Assembly (NCBI GenBank): GCA_043808095.1
Contig: JAZDFF010000031.1
Location: 101,073-165,072, forward strand
Length of the DNA stretch: 64,000 nt
From: Candidatus Omnitrophota bacterium
Lineage (GTDB): Bacteria; Omnitrophota; Gorgyraeia; JAZDFF01
Direction: 5' to 3'
The position numbers were made by a program, and so were the translations under genes. Of this stretch, positions 1 through 9,592 are shown in pieces. Under the pieces are notes generated by a model, which was not told where the DNA came from, did not search any database, and saw only the letters and a program-made list of their open reading frames with translations. Numbering within the stretch: position 1 is the stretch's first letter; each line of letters starts with the position of its first letter.

Positions 1-1167
1 CTAAATAAAAACCATAAGATTTCTAAAATCTGTGCAATTGGAAAAGGGCTGCGCACCAAAGTAAATGTCAATATCGGCACATCAACTGATAAGTTAGAGT
101 CCGCAGACGAACTTAAAAAACTTCAAATTGCAATTAAATACGGAACTGACACGGTTATGGATTTAAGTATCGGCGGAAATTTGGTTAAAATTCTCAATAA
201 AATCATCGATAATTCCACGGTTCCCGTAGGAACAGTCCCTATCTATGAAGCAGCAGTAAATGCCCGAAGACAATATGGTTCCATACTGAAAATGACCGTT
301 AGCGATATCCTTAATGTAATCAAACGCCAGGCCAGAATTGGCGTGGATTTTTTTACTATCCACTGCGGTATTAATAAAAAAAGCATAAACTCTTTAAAAA
401 ATAATCGGAGAATTTTGGATATCGTAAGTCGGGGAGGCGCAATTTTAGCGGCATGGATGTCTTATAGAAAACGTGAGAATCCCATGTTCGAATATTTCGA
501 TGAGATATTAGAAATCGCCAGAGAATTTGATGTCACCCTTAGCCTTGGCGATGCCTTAAGGCCGGGTTCTATTTTGGATGCCACTGATTATGTCCAGATT
601 GAAGAATTAAAAACTTTGGGTATATTAGCCAAGCGGGCAAAAAATAGAGGAGTACAGGTTATAATCGAAGGCCCGGGCCATGTCCCGTTAAATCAAATCA
701 AAAAGAATATCCAGTTAGAAAAGAAGCTTTGCCATGGAGCGCCTTTTTATGTCTTAGGCCCATTGGTTACTGATATCGCTCCAGGATATGATCATATAAC
801 GGCTTCAATCGGAGGCTCCTTGGCTGCAAGTTTTGGCGCAGATTTTCTCTGTTATGTTACGGCCTCTGAACACCTGAGGCACCCTTCGATAGCAGATGTC
901 AAAGAAGGGCTTATATCAAGCCGTATTGCTGCTCATGCAGCAGATTTGTCGAAAGGCTTGAAACATGCCAAGGACTGGGACAGAAATATCTCTTTAGCCA
1001 GAAAAAAACGCGACTGGAGAAAACAGATTTTACTATCAATTGATCCAGAGAAGGCAAAGTCATTTAGGATGTCTTCGCGTCCCAAAATCGCTGATGTCTG
1101 CACCATGTGTGGACAATATTGTTCAATTAAACTGGCGCAAAACTGTCTCGGCGCGGCAGGAAATTAA
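1..1167 (+). CDS. thiC: Phosphomethylpyrimidine synthase ThiC (5' end outside window)
   Basis: Frame open from base 1 (KVNVNIGTS); motifs VSRGG, LSLGDALRPG, EGPGHVP, GYDHIT, C-terminal CTMCGQYC. Confidence 0.93.
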   Translation, partial: LNKNHKISKICAIGKGLRTKVNVNIGTSTDKLESADELKKLQIAIKYGTDTVMDLSIGGNLVKILNKIIDNSTVPVGTVPIYEAAVNARRQYGSILKMTVSDILNVIKRQARIGVDFFTIHCGINKKSINSLKNNRRILDIVSRGGAILAAWMSYRKRENPMFEYFDEILEIAREFDVTLSLGDALRPGSILDATDYVQIEELKTLGILAKRAKNRGVQVIIEGPGHVPLNQIKKNIQLEKKLCHGAPFYVLGPLVTDIAPGYDHITASIGGSLAASFGADFLCYVTASEHLRHPSIADVKEGLISSRIAAHAADLSKGLKHAKDWDRNISLARKKRDWRKQILLSIDPEKAKSFRMSSRPKIADVCTMCGQYCSIKLAQNCLGAAGN

Positions 1168-1199
1168 AGAAATGACTGCGGGCGTGGTTTTAGCGTAAT

Positions 1200-1270
1200 G
1201 CGGGTGTAATTCAATGGTAGAATGGCAGCTTCCCAAGCTGTATACGGCGGTTCGATTCCGCTCACCCGCT
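1200..1270 (+). tRNA. tRNA-Gly(CCC)
   Basis: Acceptor GCGGGTG/CACCCGC, anticodon arm GCAGC-TTCCCAA-GCTGT, T-arm GGCGG-TTCGATT-CCGCT. Confidence 0.95.
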
Positions 1271-1320
1271 TGAAGGATATTTTTTGTTAAAAAGTACGCG
1301 AAAAAGTGGATGCGATGGTT

Positions 1321-1405
1321 CCCTGCCGGCCCTTAGGAATTTTACATTGTAAAATTCCAAGGACTAAGTCCCGGAAATTCTTCGAATTTCTCGGGGCAGG
1401 CAGGG
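1321..1405. repeat. Three-hairpin palindromic element inside a CCTGCC..GGCAGGCAGG palindrome
   Basis: Near-identical to 23888-23966; related to 23756, 35946, 48266 and 52994. Confidence 0.9.
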
Positions 1406-1439
1406 ATTCCCCTCGCCCGCTTAACGGAAACTAGATTGT

Positions 1440-3077
1440 ATGTTTAATCAACCGGACTTTTTTGATCGAGCGCAAATTTTAGAAAACTTACAGAAACGTC
1501 TTTTAGGCCTAAAGGACGGATACCGTCAAAATATCGTCCTCATCGGAAATCCGTTAATGGGCAAGACGTCTATCCTAAAAAAATTCCTTTCGGATATCTG
1601 CGATAACCAGATAATTCCATTGTATCTTGAGATAGGCTCTTTAGACTTTAAGACATTTATCCTAAAATTTATAGGTTGCCTTCTTTATAATTTCTTAAAA
1701 AAGGACAGAAATGATTTAAAAGAAGACTTGGACTTTTTGATTGAAGAATCAAAGAAGATCCTACCCAAAACTACGGCCAAGATTTCACAAATACGATTGC
1801 ATTTACAGAGAGGAAGGCGCGTCGAAGTATTTTTTGAGACCCTTGGTTTGCTCGAGTCCTTAAATCAGGAAAGCGGTAAATTTAGTTTGGTGGTCTTTGA
1901 TGAATTTCATCTTTTGGAAGAACTGAATTTCAAGGACATCTTCCGTGAATTAGGAAAAAAAATTATGATCCAGAAAAAATCGATGTATTTATTCTCCAGC
2001 TCTGCTAAATACAAGGCTAAGAAAATACTCTCAAAAGAGCTTTCTCTTTTATTTGGAAATTTCGAGGTAATCGAAGTCGGCCCGTTTAATCTTGGTACAA
2101 GCCGTGAATTTATTCTTGATAAGACCGCCGGCCTAAATCTATATTCAAGTATTATAGACTTTATTATTAATTTTACAGGAGGCTGTCCTTTTTATTTAGA
2201 TCTGATCTGTTCTAAGGCCAAGCAACTCGCCTCGGTAAAACAAGATGATTTAATCTCTCAAGTAACCATAATCAATGTCTTACAAAACCTTCTTTTTAAT
2301 TCTTACGGTGAATTAAATCAACGCTACAGTAGAAGCATTACGCATTTAACTGATGAGTTTAAGGACGGTGCCGAATTAATCAGTATTTTATTATGCCTGG
2401 CCAATAGTTGTAATAAAATAAGGGAGATGAGCTTAAGCCTTCCCAGTAAAAAGAAAAACTTAATTAATAAGATAAACAGGCTACTGGAGCTTGAGATTAT
2501 AGATAAAAGAGGTACATTTTACCAGATTAATGACAGGGTCTTTGAATTTTGGTTAAGATTTGTTTATCAAGCCAAACAGGACGCCTTGGATTATCATTTT
2601 GATCTACAGGCTAGATCTTTTAGAGAGCGAATAGAAAGTTTTATTAATGATTTCATCTTGGTTTCCAAGAAAGACACCATTGAGCGGATTACGGAATTAT
2701 TCAATTTATTCAGCAACGATTCGGTGCAATTGGAAAGGCATAAATTTAAACTAAGCCAATTTAAAGAATTAAAACAATTAAGATTTGATGGTGGACAAAT
2801 CAAGAAAGGCATTGCCGGCATTACCAAAAATAGTCTATGGTTAGCAGGGATAAAAGAAGATAAAATTACGGAAAATGATGTTGCGGAATTTGCTGCTGAA
2901 TGTAAAAAATACAGGAATAAACTTCAAAAGAAAATAATTATAGCATTTAATGATATAGAGGCAAACGCTTCGCTTTTGGCAAAACAAAATAAAATTTTGA
3001 CCTGGGATATTGAGAACTTAAATTCACTTTTCGATTTATACGGCAAGCCTAGAATAGTAGCGACTTCAAAAAAATGA
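1440..3077 (+). CDS. Archaeal-ATPase-like AAA protein with winged helix and C-terminal restriction-endonuclease-like region
   Basis: Walker A GNPLMGKTS, Walker B VVFDEF, TGGCPFYL motif. Confidence 0.7.
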   Translation: MFNQPDFFDRAQILENLQKRLLGLKDGYRQNIVLIGNPLMGKTSILKKFLSDICDNQIIPLYLEIGSLDFKTFILKFIGCLLYNFLKKDRNDLKEDLDFLIEESKKILPKTTAKISQIRLHLQRGRRVEVFFETLGLLESLNQESGKFSLVVFDEFHLLEELNFKDIFRELGKKIMIQKKSMYLFSSSAKYKAKKILSKELSLLFGNFEVIEVGPFNLGTSREFILDKTAGLNLYSSIIDFIINFTGGCPFYLDLICSKAKQLASVKQDDLISQVTIINVLQNLLFNSYGELNQRYSRSITHLTDEFKDGAELISILLCLANSCNKIREMSLSLPSKKKNLINKINRLLELEIIDKRGTFYQINDRVFEFWLRFVYQAKQDALDYHFDLQARSFRERIESFINDFILVSKKDTIERITELFNLFSNDSVQLERHKFKLSQFKELKQLRFDGGQIKKGIAGITKNSLWLAGIKEDKITENDVAEFAAECKKYRNKLQKKIIIAFNDIEANASLLAKQNKILTWDIENLNSLFDLYGKPRIVATSKK

Positions 3078-3556
3078 AAATAGGCGTCATATCTGATACA
3101 CATATACCTGATCGGGCAAAAGAATTACCCAGAGAAGTTCTTAATGCCTTATGCGGCGTAGAATTAATTCTTCATGCTGGTGATTTGGTCCAAATATCGG
3201 TTTTAGAGGAATTAAAAAAAATCGCTAAGGTAAAGGCGGTCTGCGGAAATATGGACTTACCCGAAGTCCGTGATGTCTTAGCACGCAAGGAAATTATCGA
3301 AGTCGGGGGATTTAAGATCGGGCTTATTCACGGTTGGGGCCCTGCTGATAAATTGCCCGAAACCATAAAAAATGAATTTTCATCCAAAATGGATATAATT
3401 GTGTTTGGTCATTCTCATAATCCGCTTAATCAGGTTATCAAGGGTACGTTATTCTTTAATCCAGGCAGCCCAACAGACAAGGCATTTTCAGTATATAATT
3501 CCTTTGGAATTATCAATATTAATGATAAAATAATTGGTGAGATAATCAAGATATAA
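3074..3556 (+). CDS. YfcE-family metallophosphoesterase
   Basis: ISDTH, HAGD, GNMD, HG, GHSH, NPGS motifs. Confidence 0.9.
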   Translation: MKIGVISDTHIPDRAKELPREVLNALCGVELILHAGDLVQISVLEELKKIAKVKAVCGNMDLPEVRDVLARKEIIEVGGFKIGLIHGWGPADKLPETIKNEFSSKMDIIVFGHSHNPLNQVIKGTLFFNPGSPTDKAFSVYNSFGIININDKIIGEIIKI

Positions 3557-3559
3557 ATA

Positions 3560-4033
3560 ATGGAACAAATCTGGGCGCCCTGGAGAAGTGCATATATAAA
3601 AAATAAACAGCAAAAGGGGTGTTTATTTTGCCGTATAGCTAGATCCAGGCAAGATAAAAAAAATTATGTTTTATCAAGAAGTAATTTTTACTTTTCAGTC
3701 CTGAATATTCATCCTTACAATAATGGCCATGTAATGATTGCTCCTTACAGACACTTAAGGGATTTAGAAGATTTAAGTAGCGACGAAATTCTTGATCTAT
3801 TTAACCATTTTAAAAAAATACGCCTAAAATTAGATAAATGCCTAAAGCCTCAAGCTTATAATGTAGGATTAAATATCGGAAAGATTGCGGGGGCTGGAAT
3901 AGATAAGCATATACATATTCATATTGTACCTCGCTGGCTAGGAGATACAAATTTTATGCCTGTAATAAATATGGTAAAAGTAATTCCTCAGTCCCTGGAT
4001 GAACTTTATAAGAAATTAAAACATGCTCACTAA
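3560..4033 (+). CDS. HIT-family hydrolase (Ap4A phosphorylase-like)
   Basis: WAPWR, CLFC, HIHIHIVPRW. Confidence 0.9.
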   Translation: MEQIWAPWRSAYIKNKQQKGCLFCRIARSRQDKKNYVLSRSNFYFSVLNIHPYNNGHVMIAPYRHLRDLEDLSSDEILDLFNHFKKIRLKLDKCLKPQAYNVGLNIGKIAGAGIDKHIHIHIVPRWLGDTNFMPVINMVKVIPQSLDELYKKLKHAH

Positions 4034-5171
4034 AATTGATGATTTAGAAAGCGAACTCCTTGCTCCGTATGCAATGAAGACCAAGTTGAGTAAAGGCAGG
4101 GTTCATCCAGAAAAGGAGCATCCCTATCGGTCTCTCTACCAAAGGGATAAGGATCGAATAATCCATTCTGCTGCATTTAGGAGGTTAGAATACAAGACTC
4201 AGGTGTTTGTTAATCATGAGGGTGATTATTATAGAACAAGGCTTACCCATACCTTAGAGGTAGCCCAGATTGCCCGGACAATTTCAAGGTCGCTAAAATT
4301 AAATGAGGACCTTACTGAATCAATTGCCCTGGCTCATGATTTAGGACACACTCCATTTGGGCACTCGGGTGAAGATGCCCTTTCTGAATTAATGAAAGAT
4401 CGTGGAGGATTTGACCATAATCGCCAAGGATTAAGGGTTGTGGATATATTAGAGGAAAGATACCTTGATTTTAACGGCCTTAATCTAAGCTGGGAGGTAA
4501 GGGAAGGGATAATAAAGCATTCCACTGACTTTGACCACACGAATATTCCGGATGATTTTAACCCCGATGAGTCTCCTTCCATGGAAACCCAAGTTGTAGA
4601 CGTTGCCGATGAAATAGCCTATGACAACCATGATCTCGATGATGGCTTAGCCTCCGGACTAATTATAGAAGAAGATTTGGATATAATACCTTTTTGGAAG
4701 GAGGCGCATATAATAGTTTCAAGAAACATGCGTAACAAAGATAGGCAATTGGAAAGATATCAGATTATTAAGTATTTAATCAATCTTCTGGTTACCGATG
4801 TTATTGAAGAATCCGAGAAGAGAATTCAGGTTTTTAATATAGATTCAATTCAAAAAGTAAGAAAACAGAAAGAAAAGGTTATTTCCTTCGGCAAGAATAT
4901 CGAGTCAAAAAGAAGGCCACTTAAGGCATTTTTGCTTACAAATCTTTATCAACATTATCGTGTGGTGCGCATGTCTGATAAGGCCAAACGTTTTATAAAA
5001 GAATTATTCAATGCATATATTGCGATGCCCAAACAATTACCAACTTCATTTCAGAAAAAAATAGAACAAGGGGATAAATACCGCGTTATCTGCGATTATA
5101 TCGCAGGGATGACCGACAGGTTTGCCTTAGATGAGTATAAAAAATTATTCTATCCTTACGAAAAGGTATAA
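4023..5171 (+). CDS. dgt: dGTP triphosphohydrolase
   Basis: FRRLEYKTQVF, RTRLTHT, HDLGHTPFGHSGE, DYIAGMTD. Confidence 0.93.
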   Translation: MLTKIDDLESELLAPYAMKTKLSKGRVHPEKEHPYRSLYQRDKDRIIHSAAFRRLEYKTQVFVNHEGDYYRTRLTHTLEVAQIARTISRSLKLNEDLTESIALAHDLGHTPFGHSGEDALSELMKDRGGFDHNRQGLRVVDILEERYLDFNGLNLSWEVREGIIKHSTDFDHTNIPDDFNPDESPSMETQVVDVADEIAYDNHDLDDGLASGLIIEEDLDIIPFWKEAHIIVSRNMRNKDRQLERYQIIKYLINLLVTDVIEESEKRIQVFNIDSIQKVRKQKEKVISFGKNIESKRRPLKAFLLTNLYQHYRVVRMSDKAKRFIKELFNAYIAMPKQLPTSFQKKIEQGDKYRVICDYIAGMTDRFALDEYKKLFYPYEKV

Positions 5172-6195
5172 AACAGTTTTATCGACCATTCATGCTGCAT
5201 ATCGGTTAATAAACTCTAGCATCGATTTAAACAGTTTTTTGGTGAGATTTGTCAAGCTTATCTGCCAATTTCTTAATGCCGATTATTGTTTGATTTCTCT
5301 GATTGACAACACCAAAAAATATATCTTTGTAAAAATCGCCGTAGATTCAAATAAAAAGCATATAATCACCAGACGATCAAGGATCAAACCAGGTATTGAA
5401 GAAAGGGTTATCAGGACATGCTCCTGTGTTAATGCGGGGAAAATTCTGGCAGTGCCTTTGATTGCTGAAGATGTAATTGGCGTGATTATCATAAAAAGAA
5501 ATAAGCCGACAAAGCCGTTTAATCAATATGAACAAGAATTACTCATGGCTTTAAGCGAACAGGCAGTAATGGCAATCAGGAACCTGCGGCTTTACGAAGA
5601 GCAGCAGAAGGTAGTTTTGGGCAGTATTAAATCGCTGGTTATGCTCATGGATACAAAGGTCCCTTCCGCATACACGCATACCCCGTATTTCAGCAAACTC
5701 GTATTGGCAATAGGCCAAAAATTACAACTCTCCGAAGAGCAATTAAGGAGTTTGGAATACGCAAGCCTGCTTCATGATGCCGGAAAAATAAATATTCCGC
5801 TGGAGATCCTTGCTAAAACTACTAAATTAACCGGCAGGGAATACCGGATAATAAAACTGCACCCTTCTAAGGGAGTTGCAATAATCAAGCCCCTGCAGGC
5901 CCTGAGACCGGTAATACCTATAATTTTGCATCATCATGAGAAATATGACGGGACCGGGTATCCCTCAAGATTAAAAAAAGGCCAAATTCCCTTGGGCTCA
6001 AGGATTATGGCAGTTGCAGATGCCTTTGATGCCATGGTATTTGGAAGGCCTTATCGTGATAGAATTTCGTTTTGGGATGCGATTGAAGAGATTAAAAGAA
6101 ATAGTGGAACCCAATTTGACCCTAAGGTTGTGGAGGCTTTCTTAAAATTAATTAAAGAGCCTCGGTTTAAAAAATACTTGCAATTATCAGGCTAA
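5131..6195 (+). CDS. GAF + HD-GYP phosphodiesterase
   Basis: LLHDAGK, HHEKYDGTGYP, VADAFDAM, QFDP. Confidence 0.9.
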   Translation: MSIKNYSILTKRYKTVLSTIHAAYRLINSSIDLNSFLVRFVKLICQFLNADYCLISLIDNTKKYIFVKIAVDSNKKHIITRRSRIKPGIEERVIRTCSCVNAGKILAVPLIAEDVIGVIIIKRNKPTKPFNQYEQELLMALSEQAVMAIRNLRLYEEQQKVVLGSIKSLVMLMDTKVPSAYTHTPYFSKLVLAIGQKLQLSEEQLRSLEYASLLHDAGKINIPLEILAKTTKLTGREYRIIKLHPSKGVAIIKPLQALRPVIPIILHHHEKYDGTGYPSRLKKGQIPLGSRIMAVADAFDAMVFGRPYRDRISFWDAIEEIKRNSGTQFDPKVVEAFLKLIKEPRFKKYLQLSG

Positions 6196-6211
6196 AGTTT
6201 AATAATATAAT

Positions 6212-6823
6212 TTGGTGAGGCCAAAGATGTATAATAAAACTCCTGCCAAACAGCTGGAATTTTTAGTCGACGGTATTGGAGCGGCTACGCAAAAAGAAGA
6301 GAGTGGTGCCTCCGATAATAAAGGAAGGACTTTTTATCCCCGGAAAGTAATTTTCTACTGTATTAGTTTAATATTATTGTTTACTTTTGTATATGGCCTG
6401 GGTATTAAAAAAGGCAGGATGATGATGCTTAGGGAATTAGTGCAAAAGAAAACAGCGTTAACCCTGCCAATAAATAAAGTAGTCGATATCAAATCCGCAA
6501 CAACTAGGATTGCTACACCTGATTTAAAAAAAGGATTACCCCAAAGTCAGCCTGTTAAAATCGCACCCTATAAAGTTGGAGTGGTAAAATTTAACCAACA
6601 ACCAGTCTTTAAATATACTATTCAAGTAGCAACTTATCGAGGAAAGATTTCTGCACAAAAAGAATTAAGCATCTTAAAACAAAGCGGCTTTGATGCCTTC
6701 TTAATCCATGGAGAAAATTTTATAAAAATATGCGTTGGTAGATTCTTCGAAAAGGAAAAGGCCCAGCTTTTACTGAGTCAGTTAAAAAAAAAGTATAAAG
6801 ATTGTTTTATGAGGAGGATATAA
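6212..6823 (+). CDS. Membrane-anchored SPOR domain protein
   Basis: TM helix then YTIQVATY...ICVGRF SPOR pattern. Confidence 0.8.
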   Translation: MVRPKMYNKTPAKQLEFLVDGIGAATQKEESGASDNKGRTFYPRKVIFYCISLILLFTFVYGLGIKKGRMMMLRELVQKKTALTLPINKVVDIKSATTRIATPDLKKGLPQSQPVKIAPYKVGVVKFNQQPVFKYTIQVATYRGKISAQKELSILKQSGFDAFLIHGENFIKICVGRFFEKEKAQLLLSQLKKKYKDCFMRRI

Positions 6824-6824
6824 A

Positions 6825-7118
6825 ATGTCTGTTCATCCGTCGCTTCGAGCAGTTGACAAAACAAAATTACAGAAATCAGTCCTTAAGCTAGTAGAAAAAA
6901 TAAAGGTCCTGATGAAAAAGGGAGTCTGGCAGGAAGGTTCATCTGTGTTCGGTCTGCCCAAGATCAAAACTGTCAGGGTAAAGATCAGGAAGGAGAAAGC
7001 TGCAAAAGAAGCCACACCTGAAGCAGCAGCCGCAGCTCCTGGCGCAACTCCAACTGCTCAAACCGCTGAGACCCCGGCCGCAACCAAGGCCCCATCCGCC
7101 AAGGGTCAGGCTAAATAA
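6825..7118 (+). CDS. PVC-superphylum small basic protein with Ala/Pro-rich tail
   Basis: MSVHPSL...SVLK...W..G.SVFGLPK signature (TIGR04137-like). Confidence 0.85.
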   Translation: MSVHPSLRAVDKTKLQKSVLKLVEKIKVLMKKGVWQEGSSVFGLPKIKTVRVKIRKEKAAKEATPEAAAAAPGATPTAQTAETPAATKAPSAKGQAK

Positions 7119-7126
7119 AAACCTAA

Positions 7127-7891
7127 ATGAAAAAGATAATTTTTGTTTTTCTCATATTAGGCCTATTTATAACAGCCTCTTTTGCCCAAGAGGAGAGCAA
7201 TTTTACAGGCGTGATTAACGGCAAGGACGTTAACGTCCGAGCGGGGGCAAATATAAATTTCGAGATCATAACCAAATTAAATAAAGGCGATTTTGTTGAG
7301 GTCCTCTCCAAGTCTTTTGATTGGTATAAGATTAAATTGCCCAAAGACTCGAGCTGTTTTGTTAACAAAAGCTATGTTTTAATTGAAAATGATAATTCTG
7401 GCAAGATTAACGCCAATAGGGTAAATATAAGGGCAAAACCAACGGTTAATTCAACTATTTTGGGTCAATTTAATAAAAATGACAATGCAGATATTTTAGC
7501 CAAAGAAGGCAATTGGTATAAAATTGGTGTACCAAATAATTGCTTCGGCTGGGTAAATGTTAAATATATAAGTTACTACATGAAAAAAACAGGGGCGCAA
7601 AATACCGAGAGCGTGGTAAAAACAGGACTCGCTTCTAACGCAAAATCTCCAAAAACCCAAATTGACACTCCAATCGCCACCGGTATTATCAAATCTTGCG
7701 GAAAATTTTTAAAAAGACCTGGAACTTACAAACTAATCAAAGATAGTAAGGTGATTTATTATCTTCAATCCAATGGCAAGATATTGGATAGTTTTCTAAA
7801 TAGTAAAGTCAATATCTGGGGACGAACGCAACAAACATCCCGCCAAAAAATACCAGTAATTGTTGTTGAAAAAATTACCGCCTTAGAATGA
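7127..7891 (+). CDS. Secreted tandem SH3b domain protein
   Basis: Signal peptide; two VNVRAG/VNIRAKP...WYKI repeats. Confidence 0.85.
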   Translation: MKKIIFVFLILGLFITASFAQEESNFTGVINGKDVNVRAGANINFEIITKLNKGDFVEVLSKSFDWYKIKLPKDSSCFVNKSYVLIENDNSGKINANRVNIRAKPTVNSTILGQFNKNDNADILAKEGNWYKIGVPNNCFGWVNVKYISYYMKKTGAQNTESVVKTGLASNAKSPKTQIDTPIATGIIKSCGKFLKRPGTYKLIKDSKVIYYLQSNGKILDSFLNSKVNIWGRTQQTSRQKIPVIVVEKITALE

Positions 7892-8487
7892 GCCTAATCC
7901 TTTCTTTATCAATATTCTTTTTTTCCATTGTCATCCATGAGTACTCTCATGGCTGGGTCGCTTACAAATTAGGAGATCCTACTGCAAAATATGAAGGCAG
8001 ACTTACATTAAATCCTTTAGCGCATATAGACCCCATCGGTACAGTGCTTTTGCCTATAATGTTAGCGATTATCCATGCACCAATCTTCGGTTGGGCAAAA
8101 CCCGTACCCATAAATTTCTGGAATTTAAGAAATCCGCGAAGGGATATGATCTGGGTAGGGTTATCCGGTCCTTGTGCAAACATACTCTTTGCGCTTTTGT
8201 TAAGTTTGGCCCTCAGATTAAACATAAATTACCCTCTATTACTAATAGAAATATTTAAAGCCGCTATTTTGATAAATCTTGTCCTTGCAATATTCAATTT
8301 GCTACCTATACCGCCTTTAGACGGCTCTCGAGTATTGATGGGAATATTGCCTAGAGAACTCGCCATGCAATATATGCAACTAGAGCGATACGGCATCATA
8401 ATCATAATTTTATTTCTTTATTTACGTTTATTTGACTATTTAGTCTGGCCAGTTGTGCAGGCCTTGGCCAGTTTACTCGGAGTTTAA
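7888..8487 (+). CDS. Site-2 protease (M50)
   Basis: HEYSH, NLLPIPPLDG. Confidence 0.92.
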   Translation: MSLILSLSIFFFSIVIHEYSHGWVAYKLGDPTAKYEGRLTLNPLAHIDPIGTVLLPIMLAIIHAPIFGWAKPVPINFWNLRNPRRDMIWVGLSGPCANILFALLLSLALRLNINYPLLLIEIFKAAILINLVLAIFNLLPIPPLDGSRVLMGILPRELAMQYMQLERYGIIIIILFLYLRLFDYLVWPVVQALASLLGV

Positions 8488-8492
8488 CCATA

Positions 8493-9590
8493 ATGAAAAG
8501 GATAAAAATATCTCTAGGCAGCCGCAGTTATAATATCCTCATTGGAAGAGGTGTTTTATCTAGACTTGGTGAGTATTTGAAGGTTTTAAATATTGGGGAA
8601 GATGCCGTTATAATTACAAATCGTACAATTAATAATCTATATGGATTTCGTCTAAAAAGAGTATTAAAAGAAAGTGGGTTCTCAACAAAAATAGACGAGG
8701 TTCCTGACAGCGAAGAAAGCAAGTCTCAAAAAATAGCGCTGTCGCTAATTAACCGTATTGCAAACTATGACCTCAGAAAAAGGTTGTTTATTATTGCCTT
8801 TGGGGGAGGGGTAATAGGGGATTTATCCGGTTTTATTGCCTCAATTTATAAAAGAGGCATCCCTTATATCCAGATACCTACAACGTTACTTGCCCAGGTA
8901 GATTCTGCTATTGGAGGAAAAACTGCGATAGATCTAACTGGTGGGAAAAACTTAGTAGGCGCATTTTATCAACCGCGCCTCGTATTATCGGACATAGACT
9001 TTTTGTCTAGTCTAAGCAGAAGTCAAATGGTTTCAGGTTTAGCAGAGGTCATAAAATACGCCGTTATTAAGGACTCCGTATTATTTCATTATCTAAAGAA
9101 AGAATATAAAAATATACTTTCTTTTAAAAAAGTTCCCTTAGAATATACTGTTTATAAATGCGCCCAGATAAAGGCGAGGATCGTAGAACAAGATGAAAAA
9201 GAAATCAAAGGCAAAAGGACGATTTTAAATTACGGCCATTCTATCGGCCATGCTATTGAGGCCGCCTCCGGGTACAAAGGATATAGCCATGGCCAGGCCA
9301 TAGCTATAGGTATGGTTATTGCAGCCGAAATCTCTTATAAGCTAAATATACTTGATAAAAAATCGTTTCAAGAAATTAAGGAGTTAATTAAGGCATTAGG
9401 GCTTCCAACAAAGGCAAAAAGCGTGAGCTTGTCTTCCATGGTAAAAGCTCTTTATCATGATAAAAAATTTATCCATGGAAAGAATAGATTTGTCTTACCA
9501 AAAAAAATTGGGGAAGTTATTATTTGTGAAGATATACCGACAGAGCTGATTGAAGAGACCTTAAGAGGCAAAAAAAGTATAGGAATTTAG
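8493..9590 (+). CDS. aroB: 3-dehydroquinate synthase
   Basis: GGGVIGD, PTTLLAQVDSAIGGKT, LNYGHSIGHAIE. Confidence 0.95.
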   Translation: MKRIKISLGSRSYNILIGRGVLSRLGEYLKVLNIGEDAVIITNRTINNLYGFRLKRVLKESGFSTKIDEVPDSEESKSQKIALSLINRIANYDLRKRLFIIAFGGGVIGDLSGFIASIYKRGIPYIQIPTTLLAQVDSAIGGKTAIDLTGGKNLVGAFYQPRLVLSDIDFLSSLSRSQMVSGLAEVIKYAVIKDSVLFHYLKKEYKNILSFKKVPLEYTVYKCAQIKARIVEQDEKEIKGKRTILNYGHSIGHAIEAASGYKGYSHGQAIAIGMVIAAEISYKLNILDKKSFQEIKELIKALGLPTKAKSVSLSSMVKALYHDKKFIHGKNRFVLPKKIGEVIICEDIPTELIEETLRGKKSIGI

Positions 9591-9592
9591 GT

